From Azolla caroliniana (Eukaryota > Plantae > Polypodiophyta), in assembly GCA_043228905.1 (NCBI GenBank), contig JBHGNT010000003.1, positions 5,890,001 through 5,954,000 of the forward strand: a DNA stretch of 64,000 nucleotides. Reading direction: 5' to 3'. Under the pieces are notes generated by a model. It worked only from the letters and a program-made list of their open reading frames with translations. It ran no database searches and had not been told where the DNA came from. Of this stretch, positions 14,144 to 27,300 are shown piece by piece (within the stretch, counting starts at the first letter, position 1; the number at the start of each line of letters is the position of its first letter). The position numbers and the translations under genes were made by a program.

Positions 14144-15879
14144 TTACATCTTTAGTTTAACATACTTCGTTGTAATTGTGATTAGCCACTTTGTTGTTTT
14201 CATTTATTTGTGTCGTTCAACCTAATTTCGTAGGTCATTACCCATAGTTAGCTTTGACATGCTACCCAAGTTATCTAATTTCGTAGCTCATTACCCATAG
14301 TTAGGTTTGACATGCTACCCAAGTTATAATGGTTTCATCAATGTATGGAAACAAAACTTTCAGGATGATATTTGAGCCAAAGTAGCAAAGATGGGAATGG
14401 TTAATAGAACGATCATGTGTGTTCAGTCAAGCAAAGTTAATGTCATCTACCATCAACAAGTGGAAGTAGATCCAATAGTAGTGGAATTTGTTTTACAACC
14501 ACTAGTGAGTGCATTTGGAGGCCAAACTTGCTAAACAAACTTCATCTTGTGGAAGTTCCAATGAAGGTCATCGTGGATTCCTACGAATCCACGAACCTCG
14601 GGATACCCAAAACTTTAGATTGAAAGAATTTGATGGTCATGATCTTCCTAATAGAGAGAATGATTGTGCGTGGAGGAGAAATTGAGAAGCCCTGCATGCA
14701 ATTGCGAGGAGCATTGGCAATGCAATGAATGAAATTGTCCATAATCAATATGAGATGCAAACCAAAATTGTGATCCAAAGCATGGAGAACAAGTTATGTG
14801 TGTGATGAGTATTGGAGAGAGAATATGGAAGGCATCTTTGAGACCACAAGGTCAAGTTGGTGAAGTCTACTAAGCTCACGCAAAGGTATTGGTGTACTTG
14901 AACTCTATTTAATGGGATAATGTTGGTGGCAATCAACCAAGTAATATCACCATCAATGGAGGAAAAAAAGTGACGAAGGTCTCATGTGACCATGAATCTC
15001 AACTTGAGGAAGTGGTGGAGAGATTAATTGGGGTTATCCTGATCCAATTAACACTTCTTGAGCTTGCTATATAATCCATGCTCCCCAACCTTATGGCGAG
15101 AGAATTAGGCCCACTTATCTTTCATGTTCTAGAGTTATAGAGTAAATACAAATATGATCAAAATAGATCATTCGTGTGTTGTGTCACACAAGCCTCATGT
15201 CTTGTGTTACACAACTCTTCATGAACCTTCATGTGGTGGAACACACCGCCCTTTGTGCCAAAATGTCCAATGATGTGGTGACTTTGGTTGGGTCCTTGGA
15301 AAACACAAAAGGTGTCCACTTTGTTGGAGAAGAACGATGGAGACGGACGAGCTGCTGTTTTTCCTTACCTGCAGAGAAAATGTCGAACAACACACAGACA
15401 GAGGAAAAACACAAAACAACTTTTTGGGGGCACACGAAACCCTCATTTCTATTAGTTTTTATACCTATGCGTAAATAGTAAGCAATAACATATTTGGCCT
15501 TTTCTTACTATCAATCTCCCACTAAAAGGCCAAACTAGGGATCAACAAAGCTGATGGGAAGATTGAACAAGACCTACACATCCTACTTGATGAGTATGTT
15601 ACACAATGTGTAACCTCATGACCTAAGTAATCCCCATCAAGTGGCAGCAATGCTCTAGTGCTTCATGCGGTAGAGCTTTGGTCAATGCATCTGCAACATT
15701 TTCTTGAGAAACAACTTTCTCAAGACTGATGTAGCCAGCAGCTATGCATTCTCGAATGAAGTGATATCTCACTCCAATGTGCTTGGTCTTTGCATGGTAT
15801 ACTGGGTTTTTAGCCAGTGCAATGACACTCTGACTATCACAAAATAGTATGGGTACAAGCTTAGATATGCCCATGTCAC

Positions 15880-15967
15880 TGTTGGAAGCGAGGTCGTCTG
15901 TGCGGAAGATCGAGAAGCATTCAGTTCTGTTCTGTGTCTGCGTATGAGAGATTGTAGGTCGTTGCAC

Positions 15968-16004
<37 letters not shown>

Positions 16005-19000
16005 CACAAAAGACTCTTTATTGCATAAACGAAGAATACAACAACCAACCTCACAAAGAGGTTACAAGGTCACTATATATAGTGACCGACTTAGGGCAAC
16101 TACCCTTTATGCTAATTACATAAATGGCCAAAACGGGATAATGTGAATACGTCCATTATACACATGTATTCGACACTCCCCCGTAATGGGCGTATACATG
16201 GGTTATCTAAGATTACAGGTATAGGCTTAGGTTCTCGGACATATCAGCTTTGTTCGAGTCGGCAGGGTCCGAAGGCAGAAGATCGAACTGGTCGGGTCGG
16301 AACAGTTGAAGCCGATCATTAAGCAACTGATGTCGGTTGTCGGGAACCATCCTGCTCTGTGTCCGGCTCTAACCGGACTGGTTTGTCGTTACGCCCATCT
16401 GATGCCGAAGAGACCGAAAGCGGTCTGCCGAAAGACATTTGGTCATTCCATCTGCGACATTGTCGGTTGTGGATATTTTCTCTAGACCGATTTTCCCTGA
16501 AATGACGCAGTCCCGAACGAAGTGATATCGAACGTCGATATGTTTGGAGGCGTTGTGGTGAACCGGATTTTTCGACAAGGCAACAGCACCTTGACTGTCG
16601 CTGTAGACAACTGGAGCCGAGTCATGGTCGACTTGTCGAAACGTGTGCGCCAGCCGACCGAGCCATAAGGCTTCTTTTGCTGCGTCGGACGCAGCTACAT
16701 ATTCTGCTTCAGTCGTTGAGGTCGCTGTGCACTCCTGAAGTTTCGACTTCCACGAGATTGCTCCATTGCCGAATTTGAAGCAGTATCCGGTTGTAGATTT
16801 CCGACTGTCTATACAGCCGGCGAAGTCCGAGTCGGTGTAACCGACTACGCCTGAGGTTCGGTTCGGACCGAAAAGAATGCCATGGTCTTTTGTGCCAGTC
16901 AGATATCTGAACACATGCTTGACTGCGTTCCAATGCGATCGGCCAGGGTTATGCATAAATCTGCTAACGACTCCTACGGCGTGAGAAATATCAGGCCGTG
17001 TCGCGACCATCAGGTACATAAGAGAGCCGACTGCCGGTGCATACGGTACCGACTTCATATCTTCCCCCTCCGGACCGGATGTCGGGCAGTCTCGCTGAGA
17101 GAGCCGAAGATTCATAGGGAGCGGGGTTGAAGCAGATTTGGCTGATTGCATGTTGAAGCGTTCTAAGACACGTCGGATATAGTCGGTCTGAGACAGAAAA
17201 AGATGCCGTTTATCGCGATGCCGACTAATCTTCATGCCCAGGATGTGTCGTGCCGGACCGAGGTCCTTCATGGCAAACTTCAACCGCAGTTGCCGAATGA
17301 GATCGGCAAGTTCGCCCGCGTGGCGTCCAGAAATTAGCATGTCGTCCACGTAAATGATGAGGAAGATGGGTGATCCATCTTGAGCTGTGTTGGTGAAGAG
17401 ACAATGGTCCTCATCGCTTTTGGAGAAGCCGATCGATTGGATGAAGTCGTCGAACTTCTTGTACCATTGTCGCGGTGCCTGTTTGAGGCCGTATAGACTC
17501 TTCCTGAGTCGGCAGACTAGATGTTCTTGGCCGGTTGCCACGAAGCCTTTTGGCTGCTCCATATAAATTTCCTCCTCGAGATCACCATGGAGGAAGGCTG
17601 TTTTGACATCTAGCTGAATCAGCTCCAAGTTGTCGGCTGCCACTACGCCGAGTAGGAAACGAAGGGTTGTCATTTTCACCACTGGTGAAAAAATCTCGTC
17701 GAAGTCGACGCCATATTCTTGTCGGAAGCCCTTCGCAACTAATCTGGCCTTGTACTTTGGGGTGGTCGAATCAGACGTCTCTTTTAGTCGATAAACCCAC
17801 TTGCAAGGAAGAGCACGTCGGTTCCTAGGTAATTCGACCAGATCCCAAGTCTTGTTTGCCCGAATGGAGTGCATTTCCGACTCCATCGCCAGATGCCAGG
17901 TGGCGGAATCGACAGATGTCGATGCTTCTTCGTAAGACGTCGGTTCGCCGGCGTCGGTGAAGAAGATTCCAGGAGAATACCTCTCCGGAGGTTGCGACAG
18001 TCTCTCGGATCGTCGAGGTATGATTGGACTGGTCGCATCGGGTATCGGGGTCGGATGGTCCGAAAGCGGATTGTTCTGCTGTGCCGAGTCGGGGTTGTCC
18101 GAGTCGGTAGTGTAAGGTTCAGCTACCCGTGAAGCTGACCGTGTGTTAAGAGCGGGGCCTTCTTGAAGGGTCGGCACATCGGAAAATGTTACCCTTCGGA
18201 CTTCGATCGGTTTTTCGACTGATGGATGCATAGCCGACTCGTTGAACACAACGTCCGAACTTCGAACGATTTGTCTGCGTTCGGGGTCCCAGAGTCGGTA
18301 TCCCATTTCGCCGTCGGATCCATATCCAAGGAAAATGCATTTCCTGGACCGAGGTGCAAGTTTTCGGCGATCATCTTTCGGAATAAGGGCGTACGCCTCG
18401 CATCCGAAGATCCTCAGCTTGTCGTAATTCGGCTTACTGCCGATCCATAGTTCCTGAGGAATTTGAAGTCCTAGAGGTCTACTTGGCGACATATTGATTA
18501 TGTGTACTGCCGTGAGTAGAGCCTCTGCCCAGAAGCCATCCGATAGTCCGGAGTGTTGGAGCATGGAAACTATCCGTTCTTGGATTGTCCGATTCATGCG
18601 TTCGGCAATCCCGTTTTGCTCCGGACTGTGTGGTGCCGTAAATTCACGTCGGATGCCGCGTTGTCGGCAGAATTTGACGAATTCTTCGGATTTGAACTCT
18701 CCCCCATTGTCTGTCCGAAAGCATTTCAGTTTTCGGTCGGTTTGATTTTCTACCATAGCGAGCCAATCGGAGAAGATCGAGAAGACCCGATCTTTGGTGC
18801 GAATTGGATAAGCCCACACCTTTCGAGTCGAATCGTCAATAAAAGTGACGAAGTAAGATGCACCGCCTAGAGACTGATGCGGCATTGGGCCACAGACGTC
18901 CGAATGGACTAAATCGAGAGGTCTCGTTTCTCTTGGTGCGGATGTCGGGTGTGATGCGGCTGCTTGTTTGCCATACTGGCAATGCTCGCAGAATTGATGG

Positions 19001-21361
19001 TCCGAGAAGGAGAGTTTGGGGATGTATCCGGCTCTAGATAGGTGCGTGATGCCGGCCTTGCTGAGATGTCCCAATCGTCGGTGCCATAGTGATGACACAG
19101 GAATATCCACCAAAAACAGGTTACCCTCTCTGAGCGTAACATGTAACGGATACAGGGAGTGTATCTTGGGTCCTCTAGCAAGCAGGAGGTTCCCCCTGTG
19201 GAGTGTCCACCCTCCCGAAGAAAAACCGGCACGAATGCCGTCTTCATCTAGTTGTCCGACTGAGATCAATGGCCTTGAGAGCTCGGGTACATGTCGGACA
19301 TTGTGGAGTACAAGTGTAGAGCCACCTGCAAGGTTGAGCTCTACTGTGCCGATTCCGATGATGTCACAGTGTTGCGAGTTACCGACCCGAACTGAGTCGG
19401 AGTGACGGATCGTGTATTGCCGAAATTGGGATCGATGAGGAGTCACGTGAAATGACGCGCCCGAATCTAAGAGCCATGTGCTCGATTCTTCAGTCGTGAG
19501 TAGAACTTCTGATCCGACTGGATTTTCGATTGATAGTATATTCGGGTCGTCCGGTAGTACATCAGCTGAGAAGCTCACGTAATTGACCTCCTCATGCCGG
19601 CCACTCTTCTTGCTGTTCTTGTTCTTGAGTGCGCGGCAGTCGGCTTTGATGTGTCCGGGTTTCTTGCAATAGTTGCAGATTCGGTTATCCCGTGACTGGC
19701 TCCGTCTTCGCTGATTGTTCGGCGGTCGTGAGGAATCTCTTCCTCGTATGTTCGATCGGTCTGTCGAACCTTGTACTACATAAGCGTCTTCTGTTGAGTC
19801 TTTGGCGAAAGACTTTCTCCGAGCTGCTTCGGTCAGGATTGCGCTCGTGACTTCGGAGTATTTAACAGCCGTGGTTGACGCGTTGCACACAGTTGTGACG
19901 AAAGTTTCCCATGATGAGGGAAGGCTGCTCATGAGTATCATTGCTCTGAGTTCATCCTCGATTGCCGTCCCCTGAGATGAGATTTGGGAGCTGATGCTTT
20001 CGTACTCATTGAGGTGTGCCTGAACCGAATCGGATTCTTTCATCCGCAAGTTGTAGAGGCGCCGGATCAGAAACATCTTCGTTGCGGCGACCTTCTTTTG
20101 GTAAGTGTCCGACAGTGTTTTCCACAGTTCGAATGCTGTCGTACACGATTGCACCGTAAAGTATACCGATTCCGATAGGTGCATCCGAATCGTGGCGCGG
20201 ACAATTCTGTCCAGCTTCTGCCACTCAATTGGTTTGTATCCTTCTGGGGGTTCTTCATTTTCGATGGGATCGATTTGCCCCTTGACTATGAGATAGTCCT
20301 GCATTTGTTCCTTCCAGAAGTTGAAGTTCGATCCATCGAACTTTCGTAGACTCATTTCTGATGAGCCGGATGTTGATGCCATCAAATTCGGTTTCGGTTG
20401 ACGAAGCTCGGTTCGGAGTTGACTACGAACCTTGTTGGAGTGCAGCCGGTTGGCTCACCCGATATCGTTCTAGTCGGATTTGAACCCGAGTCGGTTCGGC
20501 TTCGGAACTTGCTCGAATTGACTCCGGTAACTTGAGGGACAGAACCGACTGGTCTTCCCGAATGTGGCCGAGTCGGAGTGAGCCCGGTTCGCTTCGGATA
20601 TATATGCCGAATACCGATAATTGAAACCGATTATCTGGACCGATTCTGCTTCGGGTGACTGCAGCGACGAGGGAGATGGATCTAACTGATCCTCTCGAAT
20701 GTCGATCAGCCTGATGAAGCACGAATTCGGGGTTGTTGTCTTGAGACCGATCTGCACCGAGTGGTTACAACGAGCAGCGTTTGGTGACCTCTTCGGATGC
20801 CGTTTAACCGAATGGAGCACGATCGTGTCAATGATGCACAAGGGGATTTCACCTCGAGCGGTTACGATCACAAGGAACAGAGTACAACCTGAGGGCTTAC
20901 TCCAAGCAAGAGGACCTAACGCGATGAGGTGCAAACCTCGTTTTTGTTCTTCTTCTCTCTTTCTTCGAATGACGCGAATACTGTGCAGGCCGAGATGAAG
21001 TGAAGAACCGAATGCTGTGCAGGCGGTGATGACGGCCGAACCTCTGTGCAGGCTCTGATACCAGATGTTGGAAGCGAGGTCGTCTGTGCGGAAGATCGAG
21101 AAGCATTCAGTTCTGTTCTGTGTCTGCGTATGAGAGATTGTAGGTCGTTGCACAGAGAGAGAGAGAGAGAGAGAGAAAAAGAGAGAGAGACACAAAAGAC
21201 TCTTTATTGCATAAACGAAGAATACAACAACCAACCTCACAAAGAGGTTACAAGGTCACTATATATAGTGACCGACTTAGGGCAACTACCCTTTATGCTA
21301 ATTACATAAATGGCCAAAACGGGATAATGTGAATACGTCCATTATACACATGTATTCGACA
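15880..21361 (-). mobile_element. Young, intact Ty1/Copia LTR retrotransposon nested in the RNase H region of the outer Copia
   Basis: 296-bp LTRs 15880-16175 and 21066-21361 (one substitution seen, in the AG tract); TSD GTCAC (15875-15879 / 21362-21366); iMet PBS at ~21052-21063; PPT GGGGGAG at 16176-16182. Confidence 0.97.
16369..20382 (-). CDS. Copia Gag-Pol polyprotein (gag, CCHC, protease, integrase, RT, RNase H), uninterrupted, ~1337 aa
   Basis: Single ORF: [26 protein letters not shown] plus DDE (DVCGP..TDNGGEF..AERMNRT), YVDD, GYTDSDFAG, VADGMTK. ATG at 20382 (the ORF track starts at the upstream TTG, 20385). Confidence 0.96.
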   Translation of the reverse strand: MASTSGSSEMSLRKFDGSNFNFWKEQMQDYLIVKGQIDPIENEEPPEGYKPIEWQKLDRIVRATIRMHLSESVYFTVQSCTTAFELWKTLSDTYQKKVAATKMFLIRRLYNLRMKESDSVQAHLNEYESISSQISSQGTAIEDELRAMILMSSLPSSWETFVTTVCNASTTAVKYSEVTSAILTEAARRKSFAKDSTEDAYVVQGSTDRSNIRGRDSSRPPNNQRRRSQSRDNRICNYCKKPGHIKADCRALKNKNSKKSGRHEEVNYVSFSADVLPDDPNILSIENPVGSEVLLTTEESSTWLLDSGASFHVTPHRSQFRQYTIRHSDSVRVGNSQHCDIIGIGTVELNLAGGSTLVLHNVRHVPELSRPLISVGQLDEDGIRAGFSSGGWTLHRGNLLLARGPKIHSLYPLHVTLREGNLFLVDIPVSSLWHRRLGHLSKAGITHLSRAGYIPKLSFSDHQFCEHCQYGKQAAASHPTSAPRETRPLDLVHSDVCGPMPHQSLGGASYFVTFIDDSTRKVWAYPIRTKDRVFSIFSDWLAMVENQTDRKLKCFRTDNGGEFKSEEFVKFCRQRGIRREFTAPHSPEQNGIAERMNRTIQERIVSMLQHSGLSDGFWAEALLTAVHIINMSPSRPLGLQIPQELWIGSKPNYDKLRIFGCEAYALIPKDDRRKLAPRSRKCIFLGYGSDGEMGYRLWDPERRQIVRSSDVVFNESAMHPSVEKPIEVRRVTFSDVPTLQEGPALNTRSASRVAEPYTTDSDNPDSAQQNNPLSDHPTPIPDATSPIIPRRSERLSQPPERYSPGIFFTDAGEPTSYEEASTSVDSATWHLAMESEMHSIRANKTWDLVELPRNRRALPCKWVYRLKETSDSTTPKYKARLVAKGFRQEYGVDFDEIFSPVVKMTTLRFLLGVVAADNLELIQLDVKTAFLHGDLEEEIYMEQPKGFVATGQEHLVCRLRKSLYGLKQAPRQWYKKFDDFIQSIGFSKSDEDHCLFTNTAQDGSPIFLIIYVDDMLISGRHAGELADLIRQLRLKFAMKDLGPARHILGMKISRHRDKRHLFLSQTDYIRRVLERFNMQSAKSASTPLPMNLRLSQRDCPTSGPEGEDMKSVPYAPAVGSLMYLMVATRPDISHAVGVVSRFMHNPGRSHWNAVKHVFRYLTGTKDHGILFGPNRTSGVVGYTDSDFAGCIDSRKSTTGYCFKFGNGAISWKSKLQECTATSTTEAEYVAASDAAKEALWLGRLAHTFRQVDHDSAPVVYSDSQGAVALSKNPVHHNASKHIDVRYHFVRDCVISGKIGLEKISTTDNVADGMTKCLSADRFRSLRHQMGVTTNQSG

Positions 21362-24300
21362 GTCACAAGCTAATCTGGACAGCCATACGGCTTCCTTACA
21401 AGCTTCACTAGCTGCAACATACTCTGCTTCTGTAGTGGACAGAGCAGTACATTTTTGGAGACGAGATCTCCAAGATATCGCACCTCCCATAAACTGAAAA
21501 ATGTATCCTGAAGTGGATTTTCTGCTGTCAGAACAACTAGCATAATCAGAGTCTGTATATCCAATGATGGATACATTTCCACCACCTAAACATAGACACC
21601 TATTCTTAGTGCCACACAGATATCTTAAAATCAGTTTAACTGCCTCCCAATGTTTATTACCAGGATTTGACATAAATCTGCTCACAGCTCCCATTGCGAA
21701 AGCAATGTCTGGCCTGGTCGCTATCATAGCGTACATAAGACTTCCGACTACGGATTGATAAGGAACCTTGGACATAGATTTCTTGTCTTCATCAGATGTG
21801 GGGCAATCACATGTGCTCGGTTTTACATATGTAGGCAAAGGAGTGCTCAACGGCTTTGCATTCTCCATATTAAACCTCTTTAGCACTTTCGATATGTACT
21901 CAGCTTGAGACAAGTAAATGCATCGCTTACTCCTATCACGAGTGATACGCATACCAAGAATATGTTTTGCATCTCCCAAATCCTTCATGTCAAAGTTCTG
22001 GCCCAAGTTTTTCTTTAACGAGGATAACTCGTCCTTGTTTTTACCAACAATAAGCATGTCATCAACATATAATATCAAGGTGATAAAACTCCCATCTGAA
22101 CAGTTTTTTGTATAAAGACATGCATCCTCATTGCTTCTAATATATCCTTGAGTCTTCATAAAAGCATCAAATTTCTGATACCATAACCTCGGGGACTGCT
22201 TAAGCCCATACAAACTCTTCTTGAGTTTACATACCAAATGTTCTTTTCCCGACACTTCATGATCTTCTGGTTGTTCCATATAAATATCCTCATCAAGGTC
22301 CCCATGCAAGAAGGCAGTCTTCACATCCATTTGGACAAGTTCCAAATTCTAATTTGCAGCCAATGAAAGCAACATACGTAATGTAGTCATCTTAACTATA
22401 GGAGAAAAGGTTTCATCAAAATCAATTCCATATTCTTGTTTGAAACCTTTGGCAACCAAGCGTGCTTTATACTTTGGAGAAGCACTATCAGATGTATACT
22501 TATACTTGTATACCCATTTGCATGGCAATGCTTTCCTGTCCTTTGGCAAAGGTACTAAATCCCAAGTACCATTTTTATAAATGTTGTCCAATTCACTTTG
22601 CATGGCCTGTTTCCATTTCGCATGGTCATTTACAGATATGGCTTCATTGTAACATGAAGGCTCACCGGCATCTGTTAGCATTACATAATCAACAAACTTA
22701 TTAGGTGCCTTGGAGACACGCGTAGATCTCCTCAATGATTCCTGAACCTGAATACCATCAGGTTGTGCATGAGAAACATCATTTTGAGCATCATCATTAT
22801 GAGCATAAACATCATCTTGCACATCATTGTGCTGAGCATCATCATTTTCGGCATCTTCATCCTGACCAATAACAGGTTTTTGTGACTGCCCACATGTAGA
22901 AGCATCTACATCAGTAAGATTTTTCTGTTTTACATCAACAAAAGGCGTACTATCTTTAAATGCAACCTTTCTCACTTCTACCTCCTTTACGGTCTGTTTA
23001 TGCATTTTGTTCTCATCAAAAACAACATCACTACTTCTGACCACAGTACGTGTGTCAGGATCCCATAAGCGATATCCAAACTGCCCATCAATTCCGTAAC
23101 CAAGAAATATACATTTTTTGCATTTATAGTCTAATTTCTTTCTTAAGGTTTTTGGAATGTGTACATATGCTTCGCATCCAAAAACTCTAAGATGAGCATA
23201 ATGAGGTGTCTTGCCTGTCCACAACTCTTGTGCCACTTTTAGACCTATGGTTGTGTTCGGTGATAGGTTAATCACATGGACTGCTGTTAAAACAACTTCT
23301 GCCCAAAAACCTTGCGAGAGGTTTGCATGGTGTAGCATAGAGACAACTCTGTCCTGGATGGTTCTGTTCATCCTCTCAGCCACACCATTTTGGACAGGGG
23401 TGTAAGGAGCTGTAAGCTCTCTCCGAATGCCTCTAGACTTGCAAAAGTCATCAAATTCATGAGAGGTATACTCACCTCCATTGTCTGAACGTAAGGCCTT
23501 GAGCTTTATGTCCTTTTCCAGCTCAACCGAACTAAGCCATTTTCTGAAAGTGGGGTATACATCATCCTTTCCCTTAATTGGATAAGCCCAAACTTTCCTA
23601 GTGGCATCATCAATGAAAGTAACAAAATATAGTGCACCGCCCAAAGATCTTGTGGGCATAGGTCCACAAACATCCGTGTGGACAAGATCCAATGGTTTAG
23701 TGGATGAGTTAACGTTGGTCTTATGTGCACTTCTAGTTTGCTTACCATGCTGACAATGCTCACATAAGGCAAAATCAGAGAATGACAACTTAGGTAAGTG
23801 GCCATAACGAGATAGGATTTCCATGCCATTTCTTGACATGTGGCCTAAACGACCATGCCAAATGCTCGTCATTGGCTGTTCTGTGACAGCCAACAAGTGT
23901 TCCTTTTGATGAACAAATAGAGGGTAGAGGGAACCAACTTTGTTCCCTTTTGCGACAATCATATTTCCTTTCGTTATACGAAAGGATTGAGAAGCAAACA
24001 TCACCTTATATCCGTTGTCATCAAGCTGACCAACGGAAATCAAACTACGAGTTAGTTGAGGAACATGGCGTACATCTTTAATGGTGAGATGAGAACCATC
24101 ACTAAAATGCATTGAGATATCTCCAATGCCAATCACATCACATTGATGTGAGTCTCCAAGTCGAACTTTCCCAAGCGACTTGGCTTCATAACATGTGAAC
24201 CACTCTCTATGTGGAGTCACATGAAACGATGCACCGGAGTCCAACAACCACATATGTGATGGGGAAAAGACCGTGTTCACCCCAGCATGTGTGCTAACAT

Positions 24301-27300
24301 CATCTAGGACCAAGATGTCCGTCTCATCACATGTTGCATTTACTTCCTCTATTTCCAATGAGGAAGAGGGACCACGAGATTGTCTACCATGCCCTCTAGC
24401 ATTATCTTTCTCCTTATTTTTAAGGGCATAACAGTCTTTCTTAAGGTGTCCCTTTTTATGACAGTAATAACACTCCATATTTTTCTTCCTAGATTTGCTT
24501 CAACCTCTATCATTTCCACTACTATTTCTTGTTTGGCTCCTACCATGGTGTTGGTTCTTGTGAGGACCAACATCAGAAACATTATATGCATCTCCATTGT
24601 GTGATGCAATCACAGATTTTCTACGAATTTCTTCACCCAAAAGAGCTCCACATATGTCATTATAGACTAATTTCCCATTTGGTGCACTTGCACTAATAGC
24701 GGTGCAAAAAGTGTTCCATGAGCTAGGCAAAGTGCATAACAAAAATACACATTTTAGCTCATCATCAAAAATCATTTTCTGAGCCAGTAATTGTGACCAT
24801 AATGCATCAAAATCATTCAAATGAGAAGCGACACTGTCGTTGTCTTTCATTCGAAGATCATAAAGTTTTCTCATTAGATAAACTTTGTTTGATGCGGTCT
24901 CTTTTTCGTATGTACTGGATAGTTTAGTTCATAGCTTTTCAGCTGAGTCACAGTCCAAGACCGTGAAATACACATTGTCAGCTAGGTGCAGTCTTATGGT
25001 AGTCATTGCCAAGAGATCGAGCTCTTCCCAATCGTCCTTGGTCATGCCCTCGGGTCTCTTGGCTTCACCACTTATAGCTCTTAATTGCCTTCTTTGAATC
25101 ATGACATCTCTCATCTGATTCTTCCACAGGGCAAAGTTGGATCCGTCAAATTTACGGATCTCAAGGTGGTCTTTTCCACCCATAGAGTGATTTCTATGGG
25201 AATTGAACGAACCACCGCGTGAGGTACTTGAAACCTCAGACATTTCAGAGGCAGCCATTTGGATGCTAGGTAAACTTGGTCAATCCCAAATATACGCAAC
25301 TAACAATAGTTGAGACACTACTCACTACCTAGACTCAAACCGTGTTCTAGGGTAGGTATTTGTGTTCGATTGAGGACAACACCTCTCTCTTATATCAGCC
25401 AAGGCAAAAGGACTGCAACTAAGACGTAACTTCAACGTCAGAAACTCACATCAAGTGACATCAAGTGAGCAAGCATCGGGAAAACCAAATATAAGTTCTT
25501 TTACTTGTAAATTCTCACTTTGTATACTAGAAACAGTGAGTCTTCTTTGTTTCTAGCTTTCACCAAAGGTCTATTTTTTTTTTTTCAAAATATTGGCACA
25601 CAAAAAGAAATGTTCAGACGAGAAGCGTACTAGATATTACCTCTGTCGAGGTCCTGAAAAATAGCATGTGCAGAGGGGGGGAAACGCAGAAAGGTCGGAT
25701 GCTTGTTGCCACACACAGTCTCACGAGGTCCAAGCTCTGATACCACTGTTGGAGAAGAACGATGGAGACGGACGAGTTGTTGTTTTTCCTTACCTGCAGA
25801 GAAAATGTCGAACAACACACAGACAGAGGAAAAACACAAAACAACTTTTTGGGGGCACACGAAACCCTCATTTCTATTAGTTTTTATACCTATGCGTAAA
25901 TAGTAAGAAATAACATATTTGGCCTTTTCTTACTATCACACTTGGTTGAGCACCGGGTTGCTCGAGACTGGATGTCACGGGTTTGATTCCCCCCTTTTGT
26001 CAAATTTCTTAATTCTTACCTTCTTGTTTGGGAAATTCGATTGACAAACCATAAAAATGCCACAAACCCCACAAAGACATCAAGATGTTGAAGCACCAAC
26101 ACTTTGATGTGCAAATTCAGAACGGTGGCATCTCTTGCCAAAATTAAGGCAATTTATCATGTAGATTTGCACTCCATGCTCGGAATTATTATTCGGAAAT
26201 TATATTATGATCATCAATTGATGATAATTCACTACAAGTGAAATTTACAACTTCCGTCTTTCCTGATTACATGGACTATGATACGTAAGTAGAAACTTCT
26301 AACAACTTGCAATATTTCCCCAAAATTCAAGATTAAGATACAATTGTGTTTATCAACAATCAACACTGTTTACCAATAACGCTTAAAAGCTTGGAATCGG
26401 GATATTTTTACAAATAAGATCACCTTGTTACATAGTGTATGAGAGATTAAGATGAAGAAAGTAAAGAGGTCAAAAAAGTGTCGGGAGGAGATCCTCATGT
26501 TTTGGCCTAACGAGTCTATGATCGATGGATACATTACCTTTTGTCATTGTAGGCCTTCTTCAAGACCTCTTGATTTCTTCAAAATGTTGATCCTTTAAAA
26601 TAAGCTCTCTCTTTTTTATAGGTTTCAAGGACCCTACAAACATAATAACTTTCTTTTTGTAACACTTGATCTCAGGTTCTACTACAGAACAGGGGTGTAA
26701 CGACGTATTAAGCTTGGGCGTTTTCGCGTGGAGATACACGTGTGCATGTGAAACATGAGCAAGACCATTAAATCTTGAACCAGAGAGGATGGGTTGACTC
26801 AAGGTGTCACGATCATGACTTCAAGTTACTCATCACATTGCTCTTATGTCATTCAACCTCACCTATAAACGCCGATAACATGCTATAGTCATGGGTAACG
26901 ACGGGTGCGGTGGTAAAAGTGATTGTGGCAATGACGACCTAATAACTTAATCTCTTGATAGTTTGTTTGATTGGACATACTTTTAATATACTCCACAATC
27001 ATTCTCTTTATAAGCTTAGTTGCGGCTTCCATCTTCAATGATGTTGTTAGCACTTGCAACACAATTAGTACTTTCATTGTCTTTTATTCGGGTGTCTAAC
27101 TTACCCTTTGAGATTATGCCCTTTTCTTTAAGATTCACAAGGGTATTTCCATTTTTAATCTACCCAATGTTTTCTTATTGCTTGTTGTCTACTTGAACCC
27201 ATGCCCTTTTCTTTAAGATTCATGACAATACTTTTTTAGTCTACCCAATATTTTCTTATTGCTTGTTGTCTACTTGAACCTATGCCATTTTCTTTAAGAT

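Larger units (their letters stand above)
15623..25258 (-). pseudogene. Disrupted gag-pol of the outer Copia
   Basis: Pieces 25258-24929, 24874-24500, 24478-22349 (CCHC knuckle, WLLDSGAS protease, integrase) and 22345-21362 (RT LYVDD, RNase H start). The RNase H end (..DMGISKLVPILFCDSQS..NVADALTKAL..) lies at 15879-15623, split by the inner element. Frameshifts and stops present. Confidence 0.9.
15322..25938 (-). mobile_element. Full-length Ty1/Copia LTR retrotransposon (outer, decayed) hosting a nested Copia
   Basis: 192-bp TG...CA LTRs at 15322-15513 and 25747-25938 (3 mismatches seen); TSD CACTT (15317-15321 / 25939-25943); tRNA-iMet PBS TGGTATCAGAGC next to the right LTR; PPT AGTGGGAGAT next to the left LTR. 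Confidence 0.95.

Noticed and set aside
20470-21240. 256-aa ORF spanning the inner Copia LTR and leader
   Set aside because: Starts inside the LTR and crosses a CT microsatellite and the PBS; no recognisable domain; likely a chance ORF.
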